DNA of 32,000 nt from Chitinispirillaceae bacterium (GCA_050301235.1 JBNKZD010000210.1:1-32000); one strand, 5' to 3'; numbered from the stretch's first letter, positions 18,030 to 27,990 are shown. The notes: a model not told the origin generated them from the letters alone. Made by a program: numbers and translations.

Positions 18030-18923
18030 TCATGGTTTACGTGCAGTAATCATGACCTCATAATACTCCATCCCCGTCAACCTTCTGGTAAACTGGTGTG
18101 GCAGCAATGGAGGATGCCCGAACCGCTTTGCGAAAACCCGGTAGGAAATATCGATCGTCCTGGAAAACAGCCGCCACAACTTCGGTGCTAATTTAAATCC
18201 ATTACGGGCAAGAAATGAAGCAGCCCAGGCAGTATAGGTTGAACGGGTGTAAATACAGGTATATCCCGCACCTTGAATCCAGCTGCACCATTCCGGCAGT
18301 GTATATACATGTTCATGCATGTCTTCAGGATCCATGCCGGGCATGTTCCAGTAATGACGATACGAATACGCTTCAGAAATTGCCGTTCCGCGGCACGGTT
18401 CAATCATGACCAGACGGCCACCACTTCGCAGCAACCGGAATATTTCCCGTATGACCAATTGAGGTTCGAGAGCGTGATGAATGCAGCTCTGGGCTACAAC
18501 AGCATCGAAAGCCCCATTCCTGAAAGGAGCTGTTTCGTATCCCCCCTGAACCGGTTTCACGGTACGTTCTTCGTTTCGCGCAGTGACAAGCGCAGCTTTC
18601 AATCCACATACAGGATCAGAATTATGGTCAAGCAGTACGGCTATTTCCACCCGTTCACTCATAATTATTGAGGGAAAACCACGTCCCGCTCCAATTTCCA
18701 GCATGGTACGGACTCCCTTCAACTGCTCCTGAAATAACTCGGAAATGAGCGACGCATTATACCTCCTGAATTCCTCATCAATTCCTGAATCAGACTGTGT
18801 TCCGGCTCTACCACGAACATACCTGTTGTATGCCTCGCGATCCATCCTCTTGATATAAGCGTCATCGTACACCGGACAGTCCGCGGTGCTGGTTATCGTT
18901 TGTTTTCGATGCATGTCCGACAT
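18030..18923 (-). CDS. Class I SAM-dependent methyltransferase
   Basis: 297 aa; MLEIGAGRGFPSII, FDAVVAQSCIHHALEPQLVIREIFRLLRSGGRLVMIEP. Confidence 0.88.
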   Translation of the reverse strand: MSDMHRKQTITSTADCPVYDDAYIKRMDREAYNRYVRGRAGTQSDSGIDEEFRRYNASLISELFQEQLKGVRTMLEIGAGRGFPSIIMSERVEIAVLLDHNSDPVCGLKAALVTARNEERTVKPVQGGYETAPFRNGAFDAVVAQSCIHHALEPQLVIREIFRLLRSGGRLVMIEPCRGTAISEAYSYRHYWNMPGMDPEDMHEHVYTLPEWCSWIQGAGYTCIYTRSTYTAWAASFLARNGFKLAPKLWRLFSRTIDISYRVFAKRFGHPPLLPHQFTRRLTGMEYYEVMITARKP

Positions 18924-18978
18924 AACCTGTTTTTGGGAATCCGGAACGAAGATCAGTGCGCAACGCTACCCCGCCGGA

Positions 18979-19101
18979 AATTTCTTTTAGCGACTGTTGT
19001 ACAATATTTCCTAAGATGTATTTGGCGTTAAAATCGAGACAGCCTGGTACAACATCGCCGTTCCACAGAATCGTCAATTTTTCCCAGGGAAACCTGCACA
19101 A
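18979..19101 (-). pseudogene. Remnant of a radical SAM/SPASM-domain protein
   Basis: CRFPWEKLTILWNGDVVPGCLDFNAKYILGNIVQQSLKEI matches the SPASM region consensus (..l.i.wnGdv.pCC.D...ky.lGni...slkeiW); no N-terminal rSAM domain, in-frame stop a few codons upstream. Confidence 0.65.
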
Positions 19102-19438
19102 CAGTTTAATTATAAATTAACAGCGTGCAGAAAAGTACTCAAATTATGAGAATCTACCGGCAGGGTAAAAGAATACGGATACCCTATTTTTCAGGAAAAA
19201 AAGGCCCTCATATATTTGCACTAAAGTGTGTTTTTTTCAATTCGGCTGGACAGCCCACCAGATAGTATAATCCAACATGGCGGAAAGTGTTTATAAATTC
19301 TTAAAATATTATCTTTTAAAAAATGAACTTTCATCACGAATGATTCCACTTAAAAAAAGTATTATTTCTGATTTAAATAATACGAAGCCAGTGATGGTGC
19401 TCTCTCAAATTTTGATGAAGATCTACTACTGAACCAAA

Positions 19439-20257
19439 TTGTATAATTTATTGAATAATCATCCGCCAGTCTGGACTCCAGATTCAATTCAAATTACAGG
19501 ACAGCCAGGCTCACTAATTTCTATCCAGCTCAATGATAAATGCAGTGACCCCGAGATGGATTCTATCCTGTTTACTCTATCTGCTGCACCACCAGCAGAC
19601 GATACTGTAAAAGGATCTGTATACTCATTCACTCCGTTGGAAAAGGATACCGGGACACACACTGTTCGGATAACTGCGACAGATGTAAAAGGTGCCTCCA
19701 GTACACTGATAATGCAATTAACCATCACCAAAACAGATCTCAAAAAACCTGTTATCACTCTTCTTTCACCATCTTCAGATACTGTATTAGCTGTCGACTC
19801 ACTTGTTATCACAGCAATCTGCAAAGACGAAAGTGGTATACGTTCTCTGATGGCATATCTGGATACCATATCTTTCGCAATTGTAAAGCCGCCGGTAGCA
19901 GACAGCCTCTGGACTGGTACCGTTAAACCGCTCTCAGCAGGAAAATTTACAACAGTTAAGCTTGTCGCAACAGATTCCTCCAAAGCTTTAAATAAAGATT
20001 CTGTAGTTATACATGTAAAGTATGACAGTGATACTGTAAAACCGGTGATAACAAAAGTTGCCTCGGCAAGTGACTGTGCCAGCACCAACTCATCGAGTTA
20101 TACAATAACAGTCAATTGCAAAGACCAGAGCGGTATAGCCTCCATGAAAGGTACATCAGGCAATAAAGCATTCACGGGACCACGCGGATCAGGAGACTCC
20201 TTAAGGATGCACATTCAGAAGAGAAACAGAATAAACTGCACATTTACAGGTGATTAG
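19439..20257 (+). CDS. Ig-like/cadherin-like repeat protein fragment; possibly pseudogene
   Basis: 272 aa; PPVWTPDSIQITGQPGSLISIQLNDKCSDPEMDSILFTL..., DLKKPVITLLSPSSDTVLAVDSLVITAICKDESGI, TVKPVITKVASASDCASTNSSSYTITVNCKDQSGI; no signal peptide, last repeat cut short. Confidence 0.55.
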   Translation: MYNLLNNHPPVWTPDSIQITGQPGSLISIQLNDKCSDPEMDSILFTLSAAPPADDTVKGSVYSFTPLEKDTGTHTVRITATDVKGASSTLIMQLTITKTDLKKPVITLLSPSSDTVLAVDSLVITAICKDESGIRSLMAYLDTISFAIVKPPVADSLWTGTVKPLSAGKFTTVKLVATDSSKALNKDSVVIHVKYDSDTVKPVITKVASASDCASTNSSSYTITVNCKDQSGIASMKGTSGNKAFTGPRGSGDSLRMHIQKRNRINCTFTGD

Positions 20258-20341
20258 CAGAACAAACTGGTTTTGGAATGAATATACAGACATTGGGAAA
20301 AGCATTTCCCATTGACGCATTTAAACCTGTCCCTGATCATG

Positions 20342-20809
20342 TTAAGGTTTTAGAGAACGGAATATGTGATTAGCAATTAACTGAGGTCGAAATGCCTGGG
20401 TTGCCTGGGTTGTTGCGTCAATATAATTTTCATTTGTATTATACATATTTCCATAAACTGAGTATATAAATACTTTTGATGAGGTGTCTGATTTGGTAGT
20501 TACGAATTTCCGTACACGAGGATCTATTTCGTTACCAGGTTTTATCGCGTTGAATATTATTGAAATATTGTACAAAGATGCTTTTTCCTTATCAATATCA
20601 TTGTAACCAGCTTCTTTTACCATGTATCCAATTTTTGTCAGAGAATCTTTGATTATTCTGGAAACTGATATTTCCAGCTCACTGGAATCTTTAAGAATGA
20701 GAATTTTTTTGGAGGTTGTTTTTGGTTTTTCAAAAGAGTTCTGCGCTAAGACAGGCGAGAACCCGATTGCAAGCAGATAGAAAACACTAAATCTTGTTTT
20801 TCTGTTCAT
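20342..20809 (-). CDS. Hypothetical secreted protein
   Basis: 155 aa with signal peptide MNRKTRFSVFYLLAIGFSPVLAQ; no family recognised. Confidence 0.6.
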   Translation of the reverse strand: MNRKTRFSVFYLLAIGFSPVLAQNSFEKPKTTSKKILILKDSSELEISVSRIIKDSLTKIGYMVKEAGYNDIDKEKASLYNISIIFNAIKPGNEIDPRVRKFVTTKSDTSSKVFIYSVYGNMYNTNENYIDATTQATQAFRPQLIANHIFRSLKP

Positions 20810-21175
20810 CTGGACCTCCTTCTAGTGTCCTTTTAATTATCATTAGTAACTCTTTCTTTCAATAACTTTATACGTGCGAATAAAATGCCAACTGATAACA
20901 ATCAGACAAGGGCCGTTTTTTACTGTTTTTTGGCGCAATCGGAAATAGCAGTGTCTAACAATACCAATTTCCATACAGGACAGTGTTGTATTGCTGAACA
21001 ATTTTTGCCGGATTTTTATTTATTGAACTGACCGTTTTTGCAGTTTTTTTTTAATTTATTTGATATAATTGTACATGTCCAACGCAGACGTTATTTTAAA
21101 CGTATAAATATGTATAAGTATAGATATCAAATAATGTGCTCAAATTTAGTTTTCTACAAATTTCGGAGGTATAGA

Positions 21176-23086
21176 GTGAAATCAGCATTGGTAATTCCGT
21201 TAATCACGTTGATTCTTTTTACTTCAGTTTTTTCGCAGACCTGCACCGACTGTGAAGAACGAGCGGTTATTGTGTACGATCTCGATGTGAAAATTCCCGA
21301 ACCGGATTATAAGAATATCCCTGTGGATGAACAGATTACTGCATATACTGAATGGACAAATCTTTTTTACATTGCAGGAGGTATACGAAAGTATGTCTGG
21401 CAGGATCCCACCACCGACTGCCTGAAAAAACTTTGTTCCGCATTCTTTACTCAGCCCGACAGCATTAACACCACCATACGAACAGGTGTCGGGTATCCTA
21501 ACATTCCCCCGTCTTCAGGTTCACTTGCAATGGGTGATTACATTATTTATGGGGTTATATCAGGCAGCAGCGGCAGTTATTCGTTACAGTTAAATCTTGA
21601 AACCGCAATATCCCGCGAGCTCGTCAAAACGAACAGCGTGAGTTTCAGCACTGGGTTTGATCCGTTTAAAGTTGGCTCTGATGCCGTTTCTGCTTTTGGA
21701 CCGCTGTATACTACCATACTTAATTTTGAAAAAAATAAACGTGATGAGGGAGAACCCAATGCAATAAAAGCGAAGGTAGAAATTATTCCGGAAAAAACAA
21801 CACTGAAAAATCAGGAATCATGCAATGTGAAAATTAACGCAACAGATTGCGATGGACAAGCCTTGAAAAGCAGAACGATAACACTGGAAGCCGAGAACGG
21901 TTCATTCGACAAAGCAACAATCACAACCGATAACGAAGGGAACGCCAGCGCTAAATTTACTGCAGGCGATATTGATGGCGTTGCAAACCTCTATGCTTAT
22001 TTTAATTATCGCAGGCCAACCGGTAAAACATATATTAGTGAAGATGGCATCGCAAAGATTCAAATCAACAAAAGTTACTGGGGTATCAATTGTACCTACA
22101 CATTTATCGAAAATGTTGATTTTGGGCAGAACATTGGCGCGGCAAAAGTTGACAGAACAATCGAAAGGGCAACCCGTGGTCAGATTACAGGATTGTTAGA
22201 TATGAAATCTGATGTTAACGGAAATTATTCGACACAAAAAGCAGTCTCCATATCAATTACCGGTACAGGCTACGAACTCATGAATGAACGCTCAGTTTCT
22301 TCTTCAAGCAGTTCAGACGGAAGCAGCTACTCCAATACGGTTAAAACGTCACATTGCAACAGCGACAAAAAGAAAAGCGATCAACGGATCAATATTACAC
22401 TTGGAAAAACTTCACGACATTTTGCATTTACCACCAATTTTGAAGACATGACCGGTGGCGGTATGAGTAATACGCTCATGGTTATTTGTAGTAAAGACGG
22501 TTGTCATTCTGATAACTCTTCAGAGCCTATTGATTGTTCATCAACTCCTTACGGAGACGGTATGCACTCATATGACGCATCCGTTAATGATCAGGACACG
22601 ACATATCAGACCACCGACAATTCTGTACCAGGAATGACCGTAACCCACAAAATCCACCAGGTATCGACCCATGATGAAAACTCGTATACATTTAATTATG
22701 CAGATGACGGTACGATAGAGCAGGCGCAGGAGGGACTTTACAAACAGGTAACAACCTCAAAAGAATACATTACGATGAAAATTATCACTAATGCTGCCAT
22801 CGGCATAAAAGATCAGTCCACGCCTGAAAATCTTTCACACAGGAGCATAGTCACTACGTATTACCAGGCACCGGTACTGCATTATTCTCTGAGCAGGAAC
22901 GGTAAGGTAACATGTACCATATATAATGCAAAAGGAAGAAAGATACATACGCTTATCAATGGTTTTGAGCGTGCCGGAAACCATTCGGTAAAACTTACTG
23001 ACGCAGGAATGAGCACGGGTATGTATTACTATACATTTGAAGCAGAAGGGGTGGTAGTGACAAAAAAACTTATGATGCTACCGTAA
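21176..23086 (+). CDS. Large secreted protein with Ig-like/invasin-type domain and C-terminal T9SS-like sorting domain
   Basis: ORF 21038-23086; likely start GTG 21176 preceded by GGAGGT (21165-21170), giving VKSALVIPLITLILFTSVFSQ signal peptide. Ig-like: VKINATDCDGQALKSRTITLEAENGSFDKATITTDNEGNASAKFTAG; C-term YNAKGRKIHTLINGFERAGNHSVKLTDAGMSTGMYYYTFEAEGVVVTKKLMML. Confidence 0.8.
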   Translation: MKSALVIPLITLILFTSVFSQTCTDCEERAVIVYDLDVKIPEPDYKNIPVDEQITAYTEWTNLFYIAGGIRKYVWQDPTTDCLKKLCSAFFTQPDSINTTIRTGVGYPNIPPSSGSLAMGDYIIYGVISGSSGSYSLQLNLETAISRELVKTNSVSFSTGFDPFKVGSDAVSAFGPLYTTILNFEKNKRDEGEPNAIKAKVEIIPEKTTLKNQESCNVKINATDCDGQALKSRTITLEAENGSFDKATITTDNEGNASAKFTAGDIDGVANLYAYFNYRRPTGKTYISEDGIAKIQINKSYWGINCTYTFIENVDFGQNIGAAKVDRTIERATRGQITGLLDMKSDVNGNYSTQKAVSISITGTGYELMNERSVSSSSSSDGSSYSNTVKTSHCNSDKKKSDQRINITLGKTSRHFAFTTNFEDMTGGGMSNTLMVICSKDGCHSDNSSEPIDCSSTPYGDGMHSYDASVNDQDTTYQTTDNSVPGMTVTHKIHQVSTHDENSYTFNYADDGTIEQAQEGLYKQVTTSKEYITMKIITNAAIGIKDQSTPENLSHRSIVTTYYQAPVLHYSLSRNGKVTCTIYNAKGRKIHTLINGFERAGNHSVKLTDAGMSTGMYYYTFEAEGVVVTKKLMMLP

Positions 23087-23226
23087 TCTAATAAATAATT
23101 CAAAAGGCAAACTTAACTTTAAAACGGGATATTCATTTTGGCAAGCAACTACCGTTGTGAACTTGTCGGTTTCTAAACAGGTTCATTCATTTCCATCTTG
23201 AGTAATTCGATAGTCGGTTTTTCGAA

Positions 23227-23565
23227 TCAAATGTGAAAAATACCCGTAACAATCATGCTTCCTGCAGAAATGAGAAGTGCAGTAACAATTGTCCACCCGA
23301 ATCCATCGATTCTGAAACCCTCGACCAGCTTGTCGGTCATCCAAAGGAAGAATGCGTTTATAACGAATTTAAAAAGTCCTAGCGTAAGAAAAATCAGTGG
23401 GAATGATAAAAAAACAAAAAGCCATCCCAGGAAAAAATTGATCAAACTATACACAATGGCCACGATAATCGCAGTGCCAAAATTTTTTACATGTACTGAT
23501 GGCAGCAGTTGGGCAATCAGGAAGATAATTACTGATAATGAAATAATGCTTAAAAGGATTGGCAT
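23227..23565 (-). CDS. Phage holin family IV-like (YvlD-type) four-TM membrane protein
   Basis: 112 aa; LLPSVHVKNFGTAIIVAIVYSLINFFLGWLFVFLSFPLIFLTLGLFKFVINAFFLWMTDKLVEGFRIDGFGWTIVTALLISAG. Confidence 0.85.
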   Translation of the reverse strand: MPILLSIISLSVIIFLIAQLLPSVHVKNFGTAIIVAIVYSLINFFLGWLFVFLSFPLIFLTLGLFKFVINAFFLWMTDKLVEGFRIDGFGWTIVTALLISAGSMIVTGIFHI

Positions 23566-23941
23566 TTTTTCATGTCTCCTTATCAGAGGGTGGTGAAATA
23601 TGTCTGGAGTTAAGGGCTCTCAACATATTATTACAGTAAAATAATGTACCACAAACTATAGGTCAAGGTTTTAAAATAATTGTTCACTCCAGTACCTCAC
23701 GATTAGTGGTTTTTTTAACGATTTTCAAAAACATTCCATGAACATTCCTGGTATATGGAAGGCATTTTATTCTCGTGAAAAAAATATTGAAACTCTATTC
23801 TGAAAAGACAAATTATCTATTCTAATTACAATGTAGTTTTACACATAACGCTTTCAGGTACAACAATTGCTGATAAAAATAGTTAAAATATAAATACACC
23901 AGATAGACCAGTTTCGACTGAATCATCCACCGGGAAACACT

Positions 23942-24730
23942 ATGGAAATGCCACCAGTATCTTTGCAAAATCCTGCGAAGGATATATTCTGCTTTTCTTC
24001 CTATTTTCCAATAATTGGTTTTGGGCTACTCCCTGTTAATTCATTCCTGATAAAAACTGAACAATCGATTCTGATCGATACAGGCATGCTTCTGGTCAAA
24101 GAGGATTATATAAAACTTGTTAAAAGTGTCATCTCCCCACATGAGATCAAATGGATTTATATCACACACCTTGATCAGGATCATATTGGTAATTACCGTG
24201 AAATGCTTAGTATATGTCCAAACGCCACAGTTATCACCACCTTTGTTGGTATGGGGAAAATGGTTCTCATGCAGCTTCCTGTCGACAGGATCAGACTGTT
24301 AAATCCTTTACAGCATCTAAAAGTGGAGAATCACGATCTTGAAGTAATGCGTCCACCAACGTTCGATGCACCTGAAACAACCTGTATTTTTGACAATAGT
24401 ACAAAGGTATTATTCAGTACCGATTCATTTGGTGCTATTTTACAATCCCCGGTTGAAAATGCAGATTGCATCAAACCTGAACAATTAAAAGATGCCCTTA
24501 TCACCTGGATTACAATCGATACTCCATGGATACACAAAACAGATTCTACCAGGCTGATGGATTCCATGAAGTCCATTCAGAATAAATCACCTGAATATAT
24601 ATTGAGCAGCCATCTTCCTCCTGCAAAAGGAACAATGTTGAATATGTTTATCGAGCAGGTTTTGACAGCCAGAACAATGAAACCTTTCGAGGGACCAGAC
24701 CAGGCTACATTCGAAACAATGGTACCCTGA
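23942..24730 (+). CDS. MBL-fold metallo-hydrolase
   Basis: 262 aa; LIDTG, THLDQDHIGN metal-binding motif, LFSTDSFGA, YILSSHLPP. Confidence 0.85.
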   Translation: MEMPPVSLQNPAKDIFCFSSYFPIIGFGLLPVNSFLIKTEQSILIDTGMLLVKEDYIKLVKSVISPHEIKWIYITHLDQDHIGNYREMLSICPNATVITTFVGMGKMVLMQLPVDRIRLLNPLQHLKVENHDLEVMRPPTFDAPETTCIFDNSTKVLFSTDSFGAILQSPVENADCIKPEQLKDALITWITIDTPWIHKTDSTRLMDSMKSIQNKSPEYILSSHLPPAKGTMLNMFIEQVLTARTMKPFEGPDQATFETMVP

Positions 24731-24816
24731 GATGTAAAGGCGCTTAATACGAAGAGTAAGGAGTTCGGAACAAGTGTTAAAAGAGAGAAAAACAGCTTCT
24801 GTAAATACCAGAGCTG

Positions 24817-25506
24817 TTACAAAATAGTAATCCCGAAATTGTGCTTCAAAACAAGGTAAACCCCGATAAGTACCATGACGATAGCGGTGATTCTCCGCAC
24901 CCATAGTTCTACTGTAGTTAATTTTTTAAATGCAGTTCCCAGAAGATTAGTTGAAAACGCAATAATAAATGCGAACACGATAACCGGTACTGCTGTACCA
25001 ATTCCGTAAATTACCGACATTAATGCAGCATTACTTTTTACTGCAAGTGGAATTAAAGCACCAAAAAACAATCCTGCTGAAACGGGGCAAAATGCAAGCG
25101 CAAACACTATTCCCAGCAGACCTGCACCCCATATTCCTATTTTGTCAACTCTCGCCTGAAGTTTTCCACCCGCACCCGTACCTAAACTGAAATTGAACAT
25201 TCCAAGTAGTAATACACCAACTACTATCAAAAGTGGACCTGTCGCCAGACTCATATATTTCTGGAGAAACATTGAAACACCCGGAATCATCTGAAGACTG
25301 CGTGTTACCAGTATCGCTACTGCAACATAAGCCAATGACCTTCCCAATATGTAAAGTAATCCGGCTAAAAGCACTAACCTGGTCTTTTCAACTTTTTTTC
25401 CCACATACGAGACAGCAGCAATATTTGTTGCTAATGGACAGGGACTTATTGATGTCAATATCCCAAACCAGAATGCCGCTCCGATATCAATTAGTAGTGA
25501 TTCCAT
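24817..25506 (-). CDS. CcdA/DsbD-like transporter resembling ArsG-family aromatic arsenical efflux permeases
   Basis: 229 aa; FWFGILTSISPCPLATNIAAVSYVG and FALAFCPVSAGLFFGALIPLA (paired Cys-Pro TM motifs). Confidence 0.8.
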   Translation of the reverse strand: MESLLIDIGAAFWFGILTSISPCPLATNIAAVSYVGKKVEKTRLVLLAGLLYILGRSLAYVAVAILVTRSLQMIPGVSMFLQKYMSLATGPLLIVVGVLLLGMFNFSLGTGAGGKLQARVDKIGIWGAGLLGIVFALAFCPVSAGLFFGALIPLAVKSNAALMSVIYGIGTAVPVIVFAFIIAFSTNLLGTAFKKLTTVELWVRRITAIVMVLIGVYLVLKHNFGITIL

Positions 25507-25518
25507 TAGTGTATGTCC

Positions 25519-26055
25519 TTAAAGGTAATTTCGTACTTCACTCTGAATATACTCAATAAATTTTGCCTGGTCATGAAGAAGTGTCCACACTTTTTCACAA
25601 TTTTTCCACTGAACTTCTTTACCATCTCTGATATCGGAAAGGATCACTGACTTTGTATAGAGTTTGTAATCCTCCACATAATGTTCATTACCAGGCTCTT
25701 CAACATTCAGAATTTTGAGTTGAATTCTACCCTTGCTTATCTGATTTGCAAAGCCCTGCTCAACAGCCTCTTTTGTTAAACGCTCAATGGTGTTACAGGA
25801 CTGGCAGCGAAACGTTCCATGAAGATAATACACTATTAATAGTCGTGAGTCTTGTTTGCTATTTTGCGCGATTGCCGTATCGTTTTTGACTGTCTTTGCA
25901 GTGTTTCCCGAAACAGTACCGCTACTCACCTCCCCCGTTTTTGCTGCGACATTTCCCTCACTTTTTCCGGTACTTTGACATAAGCAAATACTCCCGACTA
26001 TTACAACGAAAAGTAGTGCTATTAGAAAATATCCGACCCCTGCTCCTGATTTCAT
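25519..26055 (-). CDS. Membrane-anchored thioredoxin-fold protein, ArsF-like
   Basis: 178 aa; N-terminal TM; LLIVYYLHGTFRCQSCNTIERLTKEAV (CQSC) and WTLLHDQAKFIEYIQSEVRNYL typical of ArsF-like family. Confidence 0.8.
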   Translation of the reverse strand: MKSGAGVGYFLIALLFVVIVGSICLCQSTGKSEGNVAAKTGEVSSGTVSGNTAKTVKNDTAIAQNSKQDSRLLIVYYLHGTFRCQSCNTIERLTKEAVEQGFANQISKGRIQLKILNVEEPGNEHYVEDYKLYTKSVILSDIRDGKEVQWKNCEKVWTLLHDQAKFIEYIQSEVRNYL

Positions 26056-26255
26056 TTGACAGCCCCCTGCAGAAGCACTCTGCTCTTATCCACAACTCTG
26101 CTGATCGCATCGTCAGTTCCGGCCAGACAGTATATTTTTCCAACGCTTTCACGACTTAACTGACAAGCTGCGCGGACTGCAATTTCTCCAACATCCGCTG
26201 CGCCACTGCAGGCGAATATATGTTTTTGCGATGCACATTCTTTCTTTTCACTCAT
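26052..26255 (-). pseudogene. Truncated putative zinc-binding (DGC-domain) protein
   Basis: 67 aa FACSGAADVGEIAVRAACQLSRESVGKIYCLAG matches the N-terminus of DGC-type proteins, but the DGCxxxC half is absent; stop overlaps the ArsF-like start (ATGA). Confidence 0.6.
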
Positions 26256-26269
26256 AATATCGCTCCTGT

Positions 26270-26503
26270 TTACTGAATCATATTCCTAATTTCGTCAATT
26301 CGTGGCAATCTACCCGTAACCTTTACAACACCATCAACAGCAAGGGCAGGTGTCATCATCACCCCAAATGCCAGTATTTCGTTGATGTCTTCAACTTTTA
26401 CCACTTCCGCTTCTGTCGCAGTATCTTTTACCACCTGCACAACAAGCTCATACAGTTTTTTACATTTTGGACAACCGGTCCCTAAGATTTGTAGTTTTTT
26501 CAT
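26270..26503 (-). CDS. Small thioredoxin-family redox-active protein (TM0996/MTH895 type)
   Basis: 77 aa; MKKLQILGTGCPKCKKLYELV...VMMTPALAVDGVVKVTGRLP. Confidence 0.93.
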   Translation of the reverse strand: MKKLQILGTGCPKCKKLYELVVQVVKDTATEAEVVKVEDINEILAFGVMMTPALAVDGVVKVTGRLPRIDEIRNMIQ

Positions 26504-26622
26504 ATCTATTCCTTTCTTGCTTTAGTTTACACACACATTTTTTAAAGGCTGTTTTGTGTGTCGGATTTTGAGTGTCGAGTGTTAATAAAAAAAATGCGCC
26601 GCACGTCACTCGCCACTCACCC

Positions 26623-27936
26623 TTACACCATCCCGTATATCATCCCCGAAATTGTCGCCATTACCACTACAAGCGCAACAAATGTAACAGTCTTTTTCAA
26701 ACCGAAAATACCATTGAGCACCAACATACTCGGCAGAGATAAAGCAGGTCCTGCAAGCAGCAATGACAATGCAGGTCCTTTACCCATACCACTTCCGATC
26801 AAGCCTTGAAGGATTGGAACTTCTGTCAACGTTGCGAAATACATGAACGCGCCTGCTATGGATGCAAAAAAGTTCGATTTGAATGAATTTCCACCAACCG
26901 CTGCAGACACCCATTCAGAAGGGATAATACCTTCATGGCCGACCCGGCCCAGCAGAAATCCTGCGATAAAAACCCCAAAGAGCAGTAATGGAAGAATCTG
27001 TTTTGCAAATGTCCAGGTTGATGAGAACCAGTCGCCGACTTCTTCTTTATCCATACTCGTAATTACCGAAAGTCCTATAGAACCAGCGGCAAAAGCTGCA
27101 ATTGGCATAAACTCATGAGATATATAATTTGAAGCTATCAGCGCAATCGATGCAGTTGGAATGGCTACGGCAAGAATCTTCCACCATGCCATCTTAAACC
27201 AGCCGATGAGGATCACTCCAAATATCAGTGAAACCAATGTGGTAATGAGCCATTTCAGATTGTAAATAGCATGCCAGACGCCTGTTTCCTGAATAGGTTT
27301 ACCCCAATTCGCAAACACCAGAATTGCAATCATAGTGAAAAAATAAGTCATCGTTTTCCAGAGGGGCCGGGTAACTTCCGGTTCAGTTGCCATCATTTGT
27401 GAAGCAGCTTTAGCCGCTTCTTCTTTGTGAAAAATTAAGTGCATAGCGATTCCGATTATGATACTGAATAAAATTGCACTTACACCACGTGCAATTCCCA
27501 TTTCCAGCCCAAGAACTCTTGCGGTAAGAACAATCGCCAGAACGTTAACAGCCGGACCGGAATAGAGAAACGTTGAAGCAGGACCAATTCCTGCGCCCAT
27601 TTTGTAAATTCCTCCAAAAAGCGGCAACACAGTACAGGAGCATACAGCGAGTATACTTCCCGAAACAGATGCTACTCCATAAGCAAGAAACTTGTTCGCT
27701 TTAGCTCCAAGGTATTTCATTACCGAAACCTGACTTATGAACACTCCGATTGCACCTGCAATAAAGAATGCAGGAATCAAGCAGAGCAGCACATGCTCTC
27801 TGGCATACCACTTTACCAACTGCAACGCTTCGAAAATTGCGTTATCAAATCGTGGCTTTCCTACAGGAAGAAAAAACATCCCCAGAAATATTGCAACAAT
27901 AATTATTAGCGGTTTCGACTCTTTTTTCCAATCCAT
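26623..27936 (-). CDS. UPF0718/YraQ-family permease
   Basis: ORF 26623-27975; probable start ATG at 27936 (MDWKKESKPLI). SVSGSILAVCSCTVLPLFGGIYKMGAGIGPASTFLYSGPAVN and GMGKGPALSLLLAGPALSLPSM motifs. Confidence 0.9.
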   Translation of the reverse strand: MDWKKESKPLIIIVAIFLGMFFLPVGKPRFDNAIFEALQLVKWYAREHVLLCLIPAFFIAGAIGVFISQVSVMKYLGAKANKFLAYGVASVSGSILAVCSCTVLPLFGGIYKMGAGIGPASTFLYSGPAVNVLAIVLTARVLGLEMGIARGVSAILFSIIIGIAMHLIFHKEEAAKAASQMMATEPEVTRPLWKTMTYFFTMIAILVFANWGKPIQETGVWHAIYNLKWLITTLVSLIFGVILIGWFKMAWWKILAVAIPTASIALIASNYISHEFMPIAAFAAGSIGLSVITSMDKEEVGDWFSSTWTFAKQILPLLLFGVFIAGFLLGRVGHEGIIPSEWVSAAVGGNSFKSNFFASIAGAFMYFATLTEVPILQGLIGSGMGKGPALSLLLAGPALSLPSMLVLNGIFGLKKTVTFVALVVVMATISGMIYGMV

Positions 27937-27954
27937 GACACAATCCTTTATTAT

Positions 27955-27979
27955 GCTATTTGGCCAAACAACCAAGCAA
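27955..27979. promoter_or_regulatory. Candidate ArsR operator between arsR-like gene and permease gene
   Basis: TTTGGCCAAA palindrome (27959-27968) followed by caaccaagcaa; 15/18 match to 28352-28369. Confidence 0.35.
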
Positions 27980-27990
27980 CAATTAAAAAA

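Noticed and set aside
19489-20088. Minus-strand 199 aa ORF opposite the Ig-like gene
   Set aside because: The plus frame encodes clear repeated KPVIT Ig-like modules; the minus ORF lacks a fold signature and is likely a shadow of biased codon usage.
23227-23565. Possible prophage because of a phage-holin-like gene
   Set aside because: This four-TM family is mostly a chromosomal membrane protein family; no lysis, capsid, integrase or tail genes are nearby.
23942-25506. MBL-fold gene as part of the ArsF/ArsG module
   Set aside because: It is convergent to the module, separated by its stop region, and has no shared regulatory signal; association cannot be supported from the sequence.
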